From assembly GCA_944377485.1 (NCBI GenBank), contig CALWFB010000001.1:94095-158094 (forward strand): DNA of 64,000 nucleotides, in the 5' to 3' direction. Positions 1 through 10,028 of the stretch are shown piece after piece. This DNA comes from an uncultured Clostridia bacterium. GTDB lineage: Bacteria; Bacillota; Clostridia; Christensenellales; UBA1242. The translations under genes and the position numbers were made by a program. Positions within the stretch are counted from its first letter, which is position 1; every line of letters begins with the position of its first letter. The notes under the pieces were generated by a model. It searched no databases. It saw only the letters and a list, made by a program, of their open reading frames with translations, and had not been told where the DNA came from.

Positions 1-1
1 A

Positions 2-3000
2 GCAACGGAAGATGCTGGCGCAAACATTCAGTACATAAATGTTGTAGGATATAGGAATGGTGTTCGAATTTCAGATTTGCCAGGAGTTAGACAATATAAC
101 AATAATCTTTATCAAGACTTTGTTTATATAATTCCACAAGTGGAAGGTAATGAAGGTTTCTATCAATTCAATATTACATACAGATATAACGATACTACAT
201 ATAATCAAACTTTTGAATTTTATATTCTATACGAAAGTTCCTATTCAAGAGATGTCAGTTTCGGAGGAACCTATACATATAGTACGACTCCTACATTAAA
301 CTGCTATAATACCACATTTAATACTGATACAAGTGGTGTGTATAGATATTATTTAGGAAAGACTTCTACAAATTATCCTACTCTTATCTATGATTATACT
401 AAATATAAAATGCAATATACTTTAACAGCAAATGGTAGGGTGACAACGTACGATTATGCTTATGTGACAAACACTACAATGGGAGGTGTGACTGCCAACC
501 TTGTTTGTACAATTACAAGTTCGTCAGGTACAAGGTATGAAACCTATTCATTATCTAATTATAATGCAGATAGTGAAAATAATATTGCTGTAATATTATT
601 GACTGAAATGGGTAATTACGATTTTTCGTTTAGTTATATCTACTCAGGATACAATGCTGGCGCGATGCCTGAAATGAATTTGACAATATCGAATCAATCG
701 CTCATTATGACTGGATTTGAATTGAAATATTCAAAAGCCAATTATCAAGAAGCGCAGATGAGATATTTAACGTTATCTAAAAATACAAATGATTTGGTAG
801 ATTTGATTGTTCCTAATGGTTATTTAGAAGATAGTACACCATCTATTTCGACTTTGGGTATAGTATATAATTATGATACAACGAGCCAAAACAAAGTGGG
901 AACAGTGGAAACTTATCAAGACGGAAATTTGACAGTTGATGATAGTTCTTCAACAACTACGACAGCGGATATTTTGGTTGGAGCGATAGACAATGCAACA
1001 AATAGATTGAATCTAACTTCTGTATCTGAGGAAACTATTAATAGTATAAACTATGAGAAAACCAATCAAGGTTCATTGTGGCTAAGTTCTAATGATACTT
1101 ATACACAAAATCAAAGTTTCTATTATTTTAGTAGAAATAAATTCACAAAATCTATTTTGCAAGATGAAAATACCAATGGATATTCGTTATATAGCAATCA
1201 AACCTCATTTAGTAGAACGGGCTACTATTTGGTGTTTATAAAAGTGGACGTTAATGGTATTAGTAGCGATGCTGCAGTTAATTATGACTATTATCAGGTA
1301 TTTGCATTCCAATATAGTACAGATACAGTAAATGTCAATGTCGTTGAATATGAAAATGATACCGAAGGCAAAGCAATCGGTTCAGGCGGATATACAAATA
1401 AAAATGTAAAAATTTCATGGACAGAGCCAGGAATATTTGAGAGAGCGATTAGTGCAAATTATTATAGTGTTCGCAATCAATTCTATAATAGAGAGCAATT
1501 ATTAAATACAACTCCTAATGTGTTAACTAATGGTCAAATCTTAGGGGACAACATTGCAAATAGAGAGGGTGCTAGCTTCCTTATTGAATTAAATAGCGAA
1601 GGACGAGCATCTTCATATCGTATGTTTACTATTGACCGTCAGCCAATCACAGGAGTATCTGTCTATTCTGTTGTTGCGACATCTAATGCTGATGGGAGTA
1701 CTGCTTATGAATTCAGAACTAACGTAAATGGTGAATATATTCGTGTTTCAAATTCAATTACGAATTCACTTGCTACAATTTTCTGGAATGATAAAAATAG
1801 TGGCGCAGGAATTACATTGACTTATACCTTTACACCATTTGTTAGAGATAGTTCCTTATCTCCTAGTCAGATATATCAATCAAGCACAGAAATTTGGCAT
1901 TCAACTAATTACAGATTAGGTACTACTGTTGGCTCATTTGATGATATTTATAAGGCAGATTCAATTGGTAGTGAAATTCCTTCTTCATCAGTATTGCGCA
2001 ACCAAGGTATTTATGTGTTCACATTGACAGATGACGCAGGAAATAGTTGTAAATATGTCTTTGTGATTGACTATACAGAGGCTTTCTTTGAAATTGATGG
2101 CAGTATGACCTCTCAATCATCCATGCTGTTTGGTGACGATGTTAGTATAAATGTCGGCACACATAAGGTCTTTGAATTATTTGGAAATCTTGACACTGCA
2201 TCAAATGCAATGACAGAGGAGCTTTATTCAATTATAAAAGCAAATAGTACAGATGAATATAGTGCTTTGGGATATTATGTGGAAAGTGATACGAATATTT
2301 CGGCATTAAATAGAATTTTCGCACTATTGAATAGTGACAATTCATACTATTTAAAAGTCCAAAACACATCTTTGACAGCATATTCAAATTTAGGTGTTTC
2401 AGATTCGACATTAAGCATTCATTCAATTACTGCAAACAACCATACGAGAACGATGAGATATCAAGAGAGTGCGTCAACAAGCATGATACGAGTTTTGTAT
2501 ATGTTGGGTGAGAATCAGGCTTATGATACTGCTAGAGACTCTAATTCGTATGTGACTATTGAAATAAATAAAGATAATTCACGAGGTTCAGTATATTATA
2601 GTCAAGATAGATTTGATATCAGCAATCTTGATAGTACTAATGTGACTAAATTAAACACTGGTAGCGATAATGAAAGTAGCACAGGTGTTCAATATAATGG
2701 AGTAGATGGAGCAGGTGCTACGAGTGACAATTATGTGGCATTCGTTTGGACACAGGGTTCTGGTTTATACGAAGTGGAAAGTGTTAGTTATCGACTTTAT
2801 GAACTTAATCTTTCAGAAGATAGTTTTGATTCAGATAAGTTCTATTATTATACATCAGTCAATTCAACCGATGTCATTTTGTATAACAGTGAAGGTCCGC
2901 AAAATGGAGCTACTTATGACGACAGTTCAGATAGATACTTTGCATTATTGAATGTGTCAGATGGGAAAACTGGTGCAGGACTATATGTCGTCACACGTAC

Positions 3001-6000
3001 TTATAGAGGAGACGATTCGACCGATTATGGTGATGATAAACGTGTTCAAAATTATTATTTTATAGTTGATAGAAATGAGATTATAGATGTTTCAAATGCA
3101 ATAAATGGTGGATATATCAATATCGGTTTGTTAGAAAAAGAAACGGAATATAATAACTTCTCTCAAATAGGTACTGAAACGGGAGTACTAAATTATATTG
3201 AAGATGGTATAGTAAATTCTTCATATAATGTTTATTTGCGTACTGATAAATTACCTGCTACTTTAAATGTTCCAGTTGGTAAATATTTCGGCGGTTCATA
3301 TGCTAGTACATACTATTCTGGTAGATTGGTATTTGATGTGTATTTTAGAGATACAGAAAATCAACTCAGTGGTTCAGACAGAGGAAAAACTATTAAATTA
3401 TTCAATGTTGATGTTGAAGATAGTGCCGATAGTTCAAATTACGTCAACGGATATTATCTAATTGATGTAGATGAATATTTATCAAATATATCTATGAGTT
3501 TGCGCAATAGATTTATACGTGCAGACAATGAAGGGGATTGGTTGTGTCTAAATGGTGATTACATCGTTGTGATTCGAGATTTAGTAGAAGGCACATCTGG
3601 TAATCATCAAAAAATTATAGGATTTAGATTGCAAAATAGTGTTCCGAATACAGACGTATACTCTGTCACTCAAAAAGATGACACGGTAGAAAATGCTATA
3701 TACGAAGCAGAACGTACGGCTGATGGATATGTATTAACTACTAGTGAAGAATTTGTAAAGATTGACTTGAATGCATATGATATTAATAATCTGAATGCTC
3801 AAGTAGATGTAGATTATTTAGTAGTCACTAGAACGTTGAATAATATTACTACTGATTATATCAATTATAGATATTCAAATACTGGTGGTGAATTCAATCT
3901 GGATAACAATTCTGATGTTGTTCAAAACATAATTGAAGATGGCAATTTAAGAAGAGTGATAACTTTAAATACGTATTTAAGAGATGCAAATGGTAATATT
4001 GATTTAGATAGTTTAAATCAGTCATTATATTACGACATAACAATTAGATATAAATTAAGTTCAGAAGACGCAAATGAAGCATATTTAAATTGTTATTACT
4101 ATTATGATGATAATGGAAATCTCATTACCTATTATGAAACAAAATATAGAGTAATCATTGATAGAATTCCACCTGAAAACAACATTAATTATTTAGTAGA
4201 AAATGATACGTTGGTAGAATATTATAATGAAGAAAATGGCGTTGAAATGTTTGAAAACAACGTATATGAAAACAATTCTGGCGTATACTTTGTTAATCAA
4301 TATACAGCATACTATCAAAATGCAGACGAAAGTAAAATTTATGCATTTAATGTTGATGACAATACTCCTTTTGATAATACTGATATAGCAAGAGTCTATT
4401 TCCGTGTGCTAGAAGGAGGTTTAAATGATGTCAATCTCAACTTGCCAGTCACTAACTATGCAAGTTATACATCTCGCACTGAATTGTCGAATGTTAACAC
4501 CTATGCTTCGCTATTCTCAAATAGTGAATATGGACAATACATAGAGATTTTAGAGCAAGATAGTGCGGGAAATACTACTCAATATGTGATTTTATACACG
4601 CATGAGGAAGATTTAGATGCATTAGAAATGACATTTAGTGCTACGATGGTTTCAGAGGGAGTCATCGCAGATAGTAATATAGACATCAATTTATTGGAAG
4701 ATAGTTTAAACAATTCATTGACAATATTTGATATCAATCTTCCTAATGAAGAAGTATTCAATGATACTATTGATAAGTTCTATCGATTTGAATTGATTAA
4801 TATGTCTGGTGAAATTTACTATATTAATACGAATGGTAGTACAGATTTCACAAATGATGGATTGGCACAAGACATAATTAATATGATTAAAAATGCAGGA
4901 CAAGGTAATTATATTTTACGCATTCATTCAAGGACGAACACATATTCTACAACTTTAAACTATTACGATAGAGATGAGAGAGTGGAACTGAATATCTTAA
5001 ATTTGGTTGAAAATGTAAATGGTAGATATAGAATAAACCTTGCAGGAGCAAATGTCGTTTCTAACGGAATCATGTACTATGCAGAACAAATCATTATTAG
5101 ATATAATGGCAATGAAAGTACATATATTTGCAGACCAGAAAATGGAAACTACAACTATTATTTACGCACAAACGATGGAGATGTATTGGTATCCAATATC
5201 ATATCTGATTTGAGTGATGGTACATATCAAATTGAGATGACAGATGCCTTTGGAGAGACCTCTTATCATAGATTCAATACTAGTGGAGAAAATTTCTATT
5301 CATTAGAATTTGAAGATGACAATTATTATGAATTATCAAATGTTTACTATTCATTTAAAGAAGCCACAATAAATTATGATAATGAAGTATATGACGTCAA
5401 TGTTATATACTCAATTAGCGGAATAAATAATCAAACTGTTGCATCAAATGTCAGTTCTGTCACTTATAGCGGAACAGAAATCATTGCAATTGATAGAACA
5501 AATGGTGTAATCAGAATAATTCCGTATTATGGTTCAAATTATTTAGGTGAAAATCTACGTGTGACTGTACAATTAATGTTTAATGGTGAAGCGGAATTTA
5601 TATATAATGTAGCGATAGATACTCGTACAGGAGCAGTTGCATTGAGGGACACCAATAACGCTAGTCAAAGCATGGACGTTGCTATCAATACCCCATATCA
5701 AGATACGACTTATTCGACCACTGGTTCTGGTACAATGAATTTAACTTGGAACAAATTAGAAAATGACTATTTTAATTATAATTATCTTCTACATGAAGAA
5801 ATGTTAAGCGGAGAATATGTCACGACTAATTTGTCTGACTATGACTCTTGGGTGATAAATACAGATTCGGACAGTACGGGCAGTTATAAATTTGAAATTG
5901 AAATTTATACAAAAGATGGCTTGTATTTAGGTAATAAAGTTTATTCATTCTCAGTGCAAGCAGTATTGAATCAGTTGTATTATGTACAGACAGGAAACAA

Positions 6001-7579
6001 TGAGGCAGTTGGACAAAATTCATCATTTACATTTAATGAATTGATAAACGATACCAATTTATCATCATTAGGCTTATCAATTAACAATATAGTGGGAAGT
6101 TTGCGCTTAACTTCTGCTGATGATTTGCCAAACACTAATATCCCATTGTATATTAGCAATGAAGATTTGTTTGTGGTTATTTCAACAGACCAAGGAGCTA
6201 GTCAAGTTTCTTATTCAATACAATTTGGTACATATAGATTTGAGATTTATCGTGTTTACACTAGTACATACAGTTTATATCTAGGTATTCTAGATGTCGC
6301 CGAGACCAATTCAATAGTTAACAATATTAAGATAAATACTAATGAATTATCTGTTAATACTAGTTTGTCATATACATATGCAGATACACAAAGTGGAACA
6401 TTCAATCTAAATTTTGACCAAATGATTACTATGAGCAACGCTTTGACTCAAAAGAATACGATTCTTTTAGACATTTATTATAACGATACCTTTGTTAGAA
6501 CAATTTATACTAATAATTTAGGTGAGAAGGTAAATTACTATATTGAAGGAAATGGCAAATATAGTTTTGTATTTAGAGATTTAGCAGGTAATACACATGT
6601 GTTTACGACCACTAATGGAGTAGTACAAAACAGTATTGACATTATGGTTTTGCGTGAAGTTGTTGTTAACGTAAATGGCGGAGCTCCAATAGATAATGCA
6701 TACTATAATGGTAGTGTTGAACTAAATGTATATAATCCATCAATGTATGATTTAGGTTCGATAGAACTATATGCAACAAGAAATGGAAATAGTTATAATC
6801 CAATCAAGTCGCAATATAATTATACATTCAATGAATATGGAACATATAGAGTGACTATTAGTGCAACCTATGGAGATGGAGAATACGTTTTAAGGAAAGT
6901 TGTGATATTTACAATTGTGAATGAGAATGAAGCTCGTGAATCAATAGATTTGACCAGTCTTGGTGGCTATACCATCAGCAAAGTGACTAATAATGTTGGC
7001 ACGGATATTACAACAAATTTCTTGAATATGTTAAACATCAATAGTGGAACAGATGGTATGTTATTGACATATGACAAGATGATAGCTAATAGTGGACAAC
7101 TAGGGATTTCAAGTGGAAAACAAAAATTCACATTGACATATATGGTTTCAGATGGCATTTATCCAGATAGAGAAGTGACGTTTAGTTTCACCATCAACAA
7201 CGAAATGCCAAATATAGAATGTTCATTAGCATCAGGGGAAAGTACAACTGATGGTTTCACTATCCGTTATAATCCAGGAATTATTTACGAACAAGTTGGT
7301 GATTCATTATTGTATATTAATGATATGTTGATTATGACTATTGATGAAAATTCCCCTACTGAATTAAGGCAAACTGAAATAACAGAAGAGAATAATGGAG
7401 CAGGTGATTATTATATCAGACTGATAAGTTCATCAGGAAATGTGATTTTGAGCTTCAAAGTTGAAATAAAAGAGCCATTAAATGTATGGGCGATTGTGAT
7501 AATAGTGGTTGTTTCTGTAATAGTGATTGCAGTAATAACAATTATAATAGTATTGAGAACTAGAATGAGGATTAGATAA
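2..7579 (+). CDS. Giant N/T/S/Y-rich modular surface protein, 5'-truncated by the window edge (2,525 aa visible), with a C-terminal transmembrane tail anchor
   Basis: The frame is open from nt 2, with no stop before the TTG at 77 used by the ORF track, so the N-terminus lies upstream of the window. Recurrent beta-sandwich-type module ends carry D-x-[AF]-G-[NE] motifs: TDDAGNSCKYVFVID (~nt 2030), EQDSAGNTTQYVILY (~4555), MTDAFGETSYHRF (~5240), FRDLAGNTHVFTT (~6575). The last ~32 aa are a hydrophobic helix (WAIVIIVVVSVIVIAVITIIIVL) plus a basic tail (RTRMRIR). No LPXTG. Confidence 0.85.
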   Translation, partial: ATEDAGANIQYINVVGYRNGVRISDLPGVRQYNNNLYQDFVYIIPQVEGNEGFYQFNITYRYNDTTYNQTFEFYILYESSYSRDVSFGGTYTYSTTPTLNCYNTTFNTDTSGVYRYYLGKTSTNYPTLIYDYTKYKMQYTLTANGRVTTYDYAYVTNTTMGGVTANLVCTITSSSGTRYETYSLSNYNADSENNIAVILLTEMGNYDFSFSYIYSGYNAGAMPEMNLTISNQSLIMTGFELKYSKANYQEAQMRYLTLSKNTNDLVDLIVPNGYLEDSTPSISTLGIVYNYDTTSQNKVGTVETYQDGNLTVDDSSSTTTTADILVGAIDNATNRLNLTSVSEETINSINYEKTNQGSLWLSSNDTYTQNQSFYYFSRNKFTKSILQDENTNGYSLYSNQTSFSRTGYYLVFIKVDVNGISSDAAVNYDYYQVFAFQYSTDTVNVNVVEYENDTEGKAIGSGGYTNKNVKISWTEPGIFERAISANYYSVRNQFYNREQLLNTTPNVLTNGQILGDNIANREGASFLIELNSEGRASSYRMFTIDRQPITGVSVYSVVATSNADGSTAYEFRTNVNGEYIRVSNSITNSLATIFWNDKNSGAGITLTYTFTPFVRDSSLSPSQIYQSSTEIWHSTNYRLGTTVGSFDDIYKADSIGSEIPSSSVLRNQGIYVFTLTDDAGNSCKYVFVIDYTEAFFEIDGSMTSQSSMLFGDDVSINVGTHKVFELFGNLDTASNAMTEELYSIIKANSTDEYSALGYYVESDTNISALNRIFALLNSDNSYYLKVQNTSLTAYSNLGVSDSTLSIHSITANNHTRTMRYQESASTSMIRVLYMLGENQAYDTARDSNSYVTIEINKDNSRGSVYYSQDRFDISNLDSTNVTKLNTGSDNESSTGVQYNGVDGAGATSDNYVAFVWTQGSGLYEVESVSYRLYELNLSEDSFDSDKFYYYTSVNSTDVILYNSEGPQNGATYDDSSDRYFALLNVSDGKTGAGLYVVTRTYRGDDSTDYGDDKRVQNYYFIVDRNEIIDVSNAINGGYINIGLLEKETEYNNFSQIGTETGVLNYIEDGIVNSSYNVYLRTDKLPATLNVPVGKYFGGSYASTYYSGRLVFDVYFRDTENQLSGSDRGKTIKLFNVDVEDSADSSNYVNGYYLIDVDEYLSNISMSLRNRFIRADNEGDWLCLNGDYIVVIRDLVEGTSGNHQKIIGFRLQNSVPNTDVYSVTQKDDTVENAIYEAERTADGYVLTTSEEFVKIDLNAYDINNLNAQVDVDYLVVTRTLNNITTDYINYRYSNTGGEFNLDNNSDVVQNIIEDGNLRRVITLNTYLRDANGNIDLDSLNQSLYYDITIRYKLSSEDANEAYLNCYYYYDDNGNLITYYETKYRVIIDRIPPENNINYLVENDTLVEYYNEENGVEMFENNVYENNSGVYFVNQYTAYYQNADESKIYAFNVDDNTPFDNTDIARVYFRVLEGGLNDVNLNLPVTNYASYTSRTELSNVNTYASLFSNSEYGQYIEILEQDSAGNTTQYVILYTHEEDLDALEMTFSATMVSEGVIADSNIDINLLEDSLNNSLTIFDINLPNEEVFNDTIDKFYRFELINMSGEIYYINTNGSTDFTNDGLAQDIINMIKNAGQGNYILRIHSRTNTYSTTLNYYDRDERVELNILNLVENVNGRYRINLAGANVVSNGIMYYAEQIIIRYNGNESTYICRPENGNYNYYLRTNDGDVLVSNIISDLSDGTYQIEMTDAFGETSYHRFNTSGENFYSLEFEDDNYYELSNVYYSFKEATINYDNEVYDVNVIYSISGINNQTVASNVSSVTYSGTEIIAIDRTNGVIRIIPYYGSNYLGENLRVTVQLMFNGEAEFIYNVAIDTRTGAVALRDTNNASQSMDVAINTPYQDTTYSTTGSGTMNLTWNKLENDYFNYNYLLHEEMLSGEYVTTNLSDYDSWVINTDSDSTGSYKFEIEIYTKDGLYLGNKVYSFSVQAVLNQLYYVQTGNNEAVGQNSSFTFNELINDTNLSSLGLSINNIVGSLRLTSADDLPNTNIPLYISNEDLFVVISTDQGASQVSYSIQFGTYRFEIYRVYTSTYSLYLGILDVAETNSIVNNIKINTNELSVNTSLSYTYADTQSGTFNLNFDQMITMSNALTQKNTILLDIYYNDTFVRTIYTNNLGEKVNYYIEGNGKYSFVFRDLAGNTHVFTTTNGVVQNSIDIMVLREVVVNVNGGAPIDNAYYNGSVELNVYNPSMYDLGSIELYATRNGNSYNPIKSQYNYTFNEYGTYRVTISATYGDGEYVLRKVVIFTIVNENEARESIDLTSLGGYTISKVTNNVGTDITTNFLNMLNINSGTDGMLLTYDKMIANSGQLGISSGKQKFTLTYMVSDGIYPDREVTFSFTINNEMPNIECSLASGESTTDGFTIRYNPGIIYEQVGDSLLYINDMLIMTIDENSPTELRQTEITEENNGAGDYYIRLISSSGNVILSFKVEIKEPLNVWAIVIIVVVSVIVIAVITIIIVLRTRMRIR

Positions 7580-8313
7580 TGAAAAATACACATATAGAAA
7601 AGATTATTATTGACGACACAAGTCTTGATTATGAATTAAAAGTTCCAGTAATTGAATTAATGAGATTATTGGAGATTGCAACATTTAATCATGCAGACAA
7701 GATGGGTTTTGACCATGACACCATGTTAAAAGAAAACAATGCATTTTGGGTTGTTAGTAAAATGAAAATGGCAATTAGTGGGGATATACATAGTCAAGAT
7801 AAAGTGACAATCAAAACGTGGACTCATACACCGGGAATGTTGAGATTCAATAGAAATTGTATTTTAAAAGTGAAAAATAAAATAAAAGTGAAAGCAGCTG
7901 CGGAATGGTGTTGTCTTGATTATGAGACGAGAAAACCAAGGAAAGGAAGTAGTATTAAATATCCGGACTTGGAGATGGTAGAGAAGAAAGAGTTGAATAT
8001 GCCATACTCTAACCTAAAACTTGATGTGAATGATACTGATTATGTTTATACAAAAATCGTACGTACAACAGACATTGATGTTAATAATCATACGAACAAT
8101 CTTAAATATAACTACATAGCATTCGATGCATTGACAATAGATGAGTTAAAGTCAATCAATATTAAAGAATATGAAATATATTTTGTTAATGAATCTAAAT
8201 ATGAGGATGAGATTAAGGTGTATAAAAAGAAATTAAAAGATTGTTATTATATCGAAGGGAAAATAGAAGACAAAACAATTTTTAGAGTCATAATCAAATA
8301 TCGTAAAAAATAA
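7579..8313 (+). CDS. Acyl-ACP thioesterase family protein
   Basis: 244 aa, two hot-dog halves. The second half has the family-typical VRTTDIDVNNHTNNLKY (cf. D-x-N-x-H-V-N-N-x-x-Y). The ATG overlaps the stop of the giant gene (TAATG at 7577-7581). Confidence 0.7.
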   Translation: MKNTHIEKIIIDDTSLDYELKVPVIELMRLLEIATFNHADKMGFDHDTMLKENNAFWVVSKMKMAISGDIHSQDKVTIKTWTHTPGMLRFNRNCILKVKNKIKVKAAAEWCCLDYETRKPRKGSSIKYPDLEMVEKKELNMPYSNLKLDVNDTDYVYTKIVRTTDIDVNNHTNNLKYNYIAFDALTIDELKSINIKEYEIYFVNESKYEDEIKVYKKKLKDCYYIEGKIEDKTIFRVIIKYRKK

Positions 8314-8321
8314 AGTGTTAT

Positions 8322-8355
8322 AAAAAAAGAGATTGAAATTCCAATCTCTTTTTTG
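8322..8355. terminator. Bidirectional intrinsic terminator between convergent genes
   Basis: aaaaaaAGAGATTGaaattcCAATCTCTttttt: 8-bp perfect stem (8328-8335 / 8342-8349), 6-nt loop, A-run upstream and T-run downstream. Confidence 0.75.
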
Positions 8356-8376
8356 TATCACAAGTTTAAATTTAAA

Positions 8377-9498
8377 TTATGTATTATCTGATGAAATAGA
8401 ATCATTTGTCGCTGTTGTATTAGGTTTAGTATGAGATGTTGTTTTTTTGGTTGGTTCACGCTTTTTTAGTTCCTGGAAGAAAACTTCACCTTCATGCGAC
8501 TGAAAATAGACTCCAACAATTCCTTTTTTCTTTGTGCTTAGAATGAAATATGCGGCTCTCTTTCTTGCTCCACCGACAATATAGCCAACCTTTTTTGAAT
8601 TTGGTTCTACAAATACATTATATGCTCGCAATCTTCCTTGATTATCAATAATGGTTATGCCATCAAAGTTTAACATGTTTATAAATAGGTTTGCAAATGC
8701 TTGCAATTTTTCTTCACTATAACTTTTAGATTGAGTAAATAGTTTACTGAAACTTATGGGTTCTTTTAACCAAATGCCATCTTCAAATAGTCCATTGTCA
8801 GTATAATCTTTATCAACAATGACACATATAGCTCCATTGACATCGTTCATAACATTGGTGAAAATATTTAGATACATGTTTTTCATATCTTGAAGTTTGC
8901 GTTGAGTGGTTCTTAGTTTTGAAAAAGTGACGTCTACAAATTCTTTAATTTCTGTTGCAAAGATATTAGATTTCGATTTGTCCAAAGAGAAATTGACGGT
9001 CAAATCATTTCCGCTGATAGAGTGAAGTAGCATGGTGTAAAAGTTTAAAGGGCGGGCTATTATGCAATGCATTTTGACTTGGCGTTCTTTTAAAGAGTTG
9101 TTGTCTTGTAATGCTTGCAAAAAATTTTTATCTTTGATGCTTCTAAATGACATGACGAGACCATAACTGATTTTATTTTCTTTTATATCAATAAATAGGC
9201 ACCAATCATTATCGGCAATTGCTAGAATAGATTTTAACCTAGAATTAAACATTGTGGCGTCATTATCTTCGAACAAAGTAAGTATACCCGATTTTGGTAT
9301 AGCTCTGACAATAGCTTCAATATTATCCGTAAAAATAATTTTAGGTTTAATTTTCATACCCTCTTCTGAGTAATTCATAATATCATTAAATTTGTTCAAG
9401 AAATGAGACATGAGTAGGGGCGGAAAATTCTCAAACTCTGTTTCAAAGAAATTTGTCACACTTTCTTTTGCGTTATCGAAAAAAATCATCTCACTCAT
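8377..9498 (-). CDS. Divergent DisA_N / diadenylate-cyclase (DAC)-like domain protein with an uncharacterised ~200-aa N-terminal domain
   Basis: C-terminal aa ~205-342 align by eye to the DAC fold of CdaA/DisA: NGAICVIVDKD (cf. IGALIVIE), NFDGITIID (cf. HDGAVII), GGARKRAAYFILS (cf. GTRHRAAIGISE; nt 8551-8574), GVYFQSHEGEVFF (cf. IVVSEETGxIS). S/T/N-rich C-terminal tail. Confidence 0.6.
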   Translation of the reverse strand: MSEMIFFDNAKESVTNFFETEFENFPPLLMSHFLNKFNDIMNYSEEGMKIKPKIIFTDNIEAIVRAIPKSGILTLFEDNDATMFNSRLKSILAIADNDWCLFIDIKENKISYGLVMSFRSIKDKNFLQALQDNNSLKERQVKMHCIIARPLNFYTMLLHSISGNDLTVNFSLDKSKSNIFATEIKEFVDVTFSKLRTTQRKLQDMKNMYLNIFTNVMNDVNGAICVIVDKDYTDNGLFEDGIWLKEPISFSKLFTQSKSYSEEKLQAFANLFINMLNFDGITIIDNQGRLRAYNVFVEPNSKKVGYIVGGARKRAAYFILSTKKKGIVGVYFQSHEGEVFFQELKKREPTKKTTSHTKPNTTATNDSISSDNT

Positions 9499-9519
9499 AT
9501 TTCACCACTCTTTAAAAAG

Positions 9520-9548
9520 AATATAACAATTTTTAATCGAAGATGCAA
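9520..9548 (-). promoter_or_regulatory. Sigma-A-type promoter for the DAC-like gene
   Basis: Minus strand reads TTGCAT (9548-9543), 17 nt, TATATT (9525-9520). Phased T/A-tracts lie just upstream (9569-9594). Confidence 0.45.
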
Positions 9549-9642
9549 ATAAATTTTAAAATTTTTTCAAAAAATTTCAAAAAATAGTCAAAAATAGTTG
9601 ACAAATTTAATTTTAAGATATTTGTTTGAAAATTATCCGAAG

Positions 9643-9921
9643 CTATTGTTTTGTTTTCAAATATAAAAGTTCATTTTTAAGCCGGTTGCATTCGGCTTGT
9701 TTTTCTTTTAATTCTTTTACAAGTTTTTCCATATTTAGGTTCATATTAATTATTTTTGCACGGGTCTCCAATTCTATTTTTTTTCTAACTACTCCAATTA
9801 GACCTTTAAACAATGATGTAATATCTTCGTCAGAAATAATCGGAGGCATCACATGGAGATGACATTCTTCATTTAGATTATTTTTAGATTTTGGATTTTT
9901 TTTATCATTTTCATTTATCAT
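9643..9921 (-). CDS. Hypothetical small coiled-coil protein (92 aa)
   Basis: K/E/L-rich heptad-like C-terminal half (KLVKELKEKQAECNRLKNELLYLKTKQ). Same strand as, and upstream of, the DAC-like gene. The overlapping plus-strand ORF (9626-9862) is F/S/I-rich, typical of the antisense of a K/E-rich gene. Confidence 0.5.
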   Translation of the reverse strand: MINENDKKNPKSKNNLNEECHLHVMPPIISDEDITSLFKGLIGVVRKKIELETRAKIINMNLNMEKLVKELKEKQAECNRLKNELLYLKTKQ

Positions 9922-10028
9922 ACTATTATTTTTAACCTTTGATTGAACAAATATCTTAAATAAAATGTTTTTGTTTGTAGAAATTTGAAAAAAAGCAAGT
10001 TTTAATGTTATTTGTCATAAATATTAAT

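Noticed and set aside
77-79. TTG at 77 as the start of the first giant gene
   Set aside because: The frame is open all the way back to nt 2, so the ORF-track start is an artefact of the window edge.
9626-9862. 78-aa plus-strand ORF overlapping the 92-aa minus-strand ORF
   Set aside because: Only one of the two can plausibly be real. The minus frame gives a charged coiled-coil protein co-oriented with the next gene. The plus frame is F/S/I-rich with no RBS. Neither is strongly supported.
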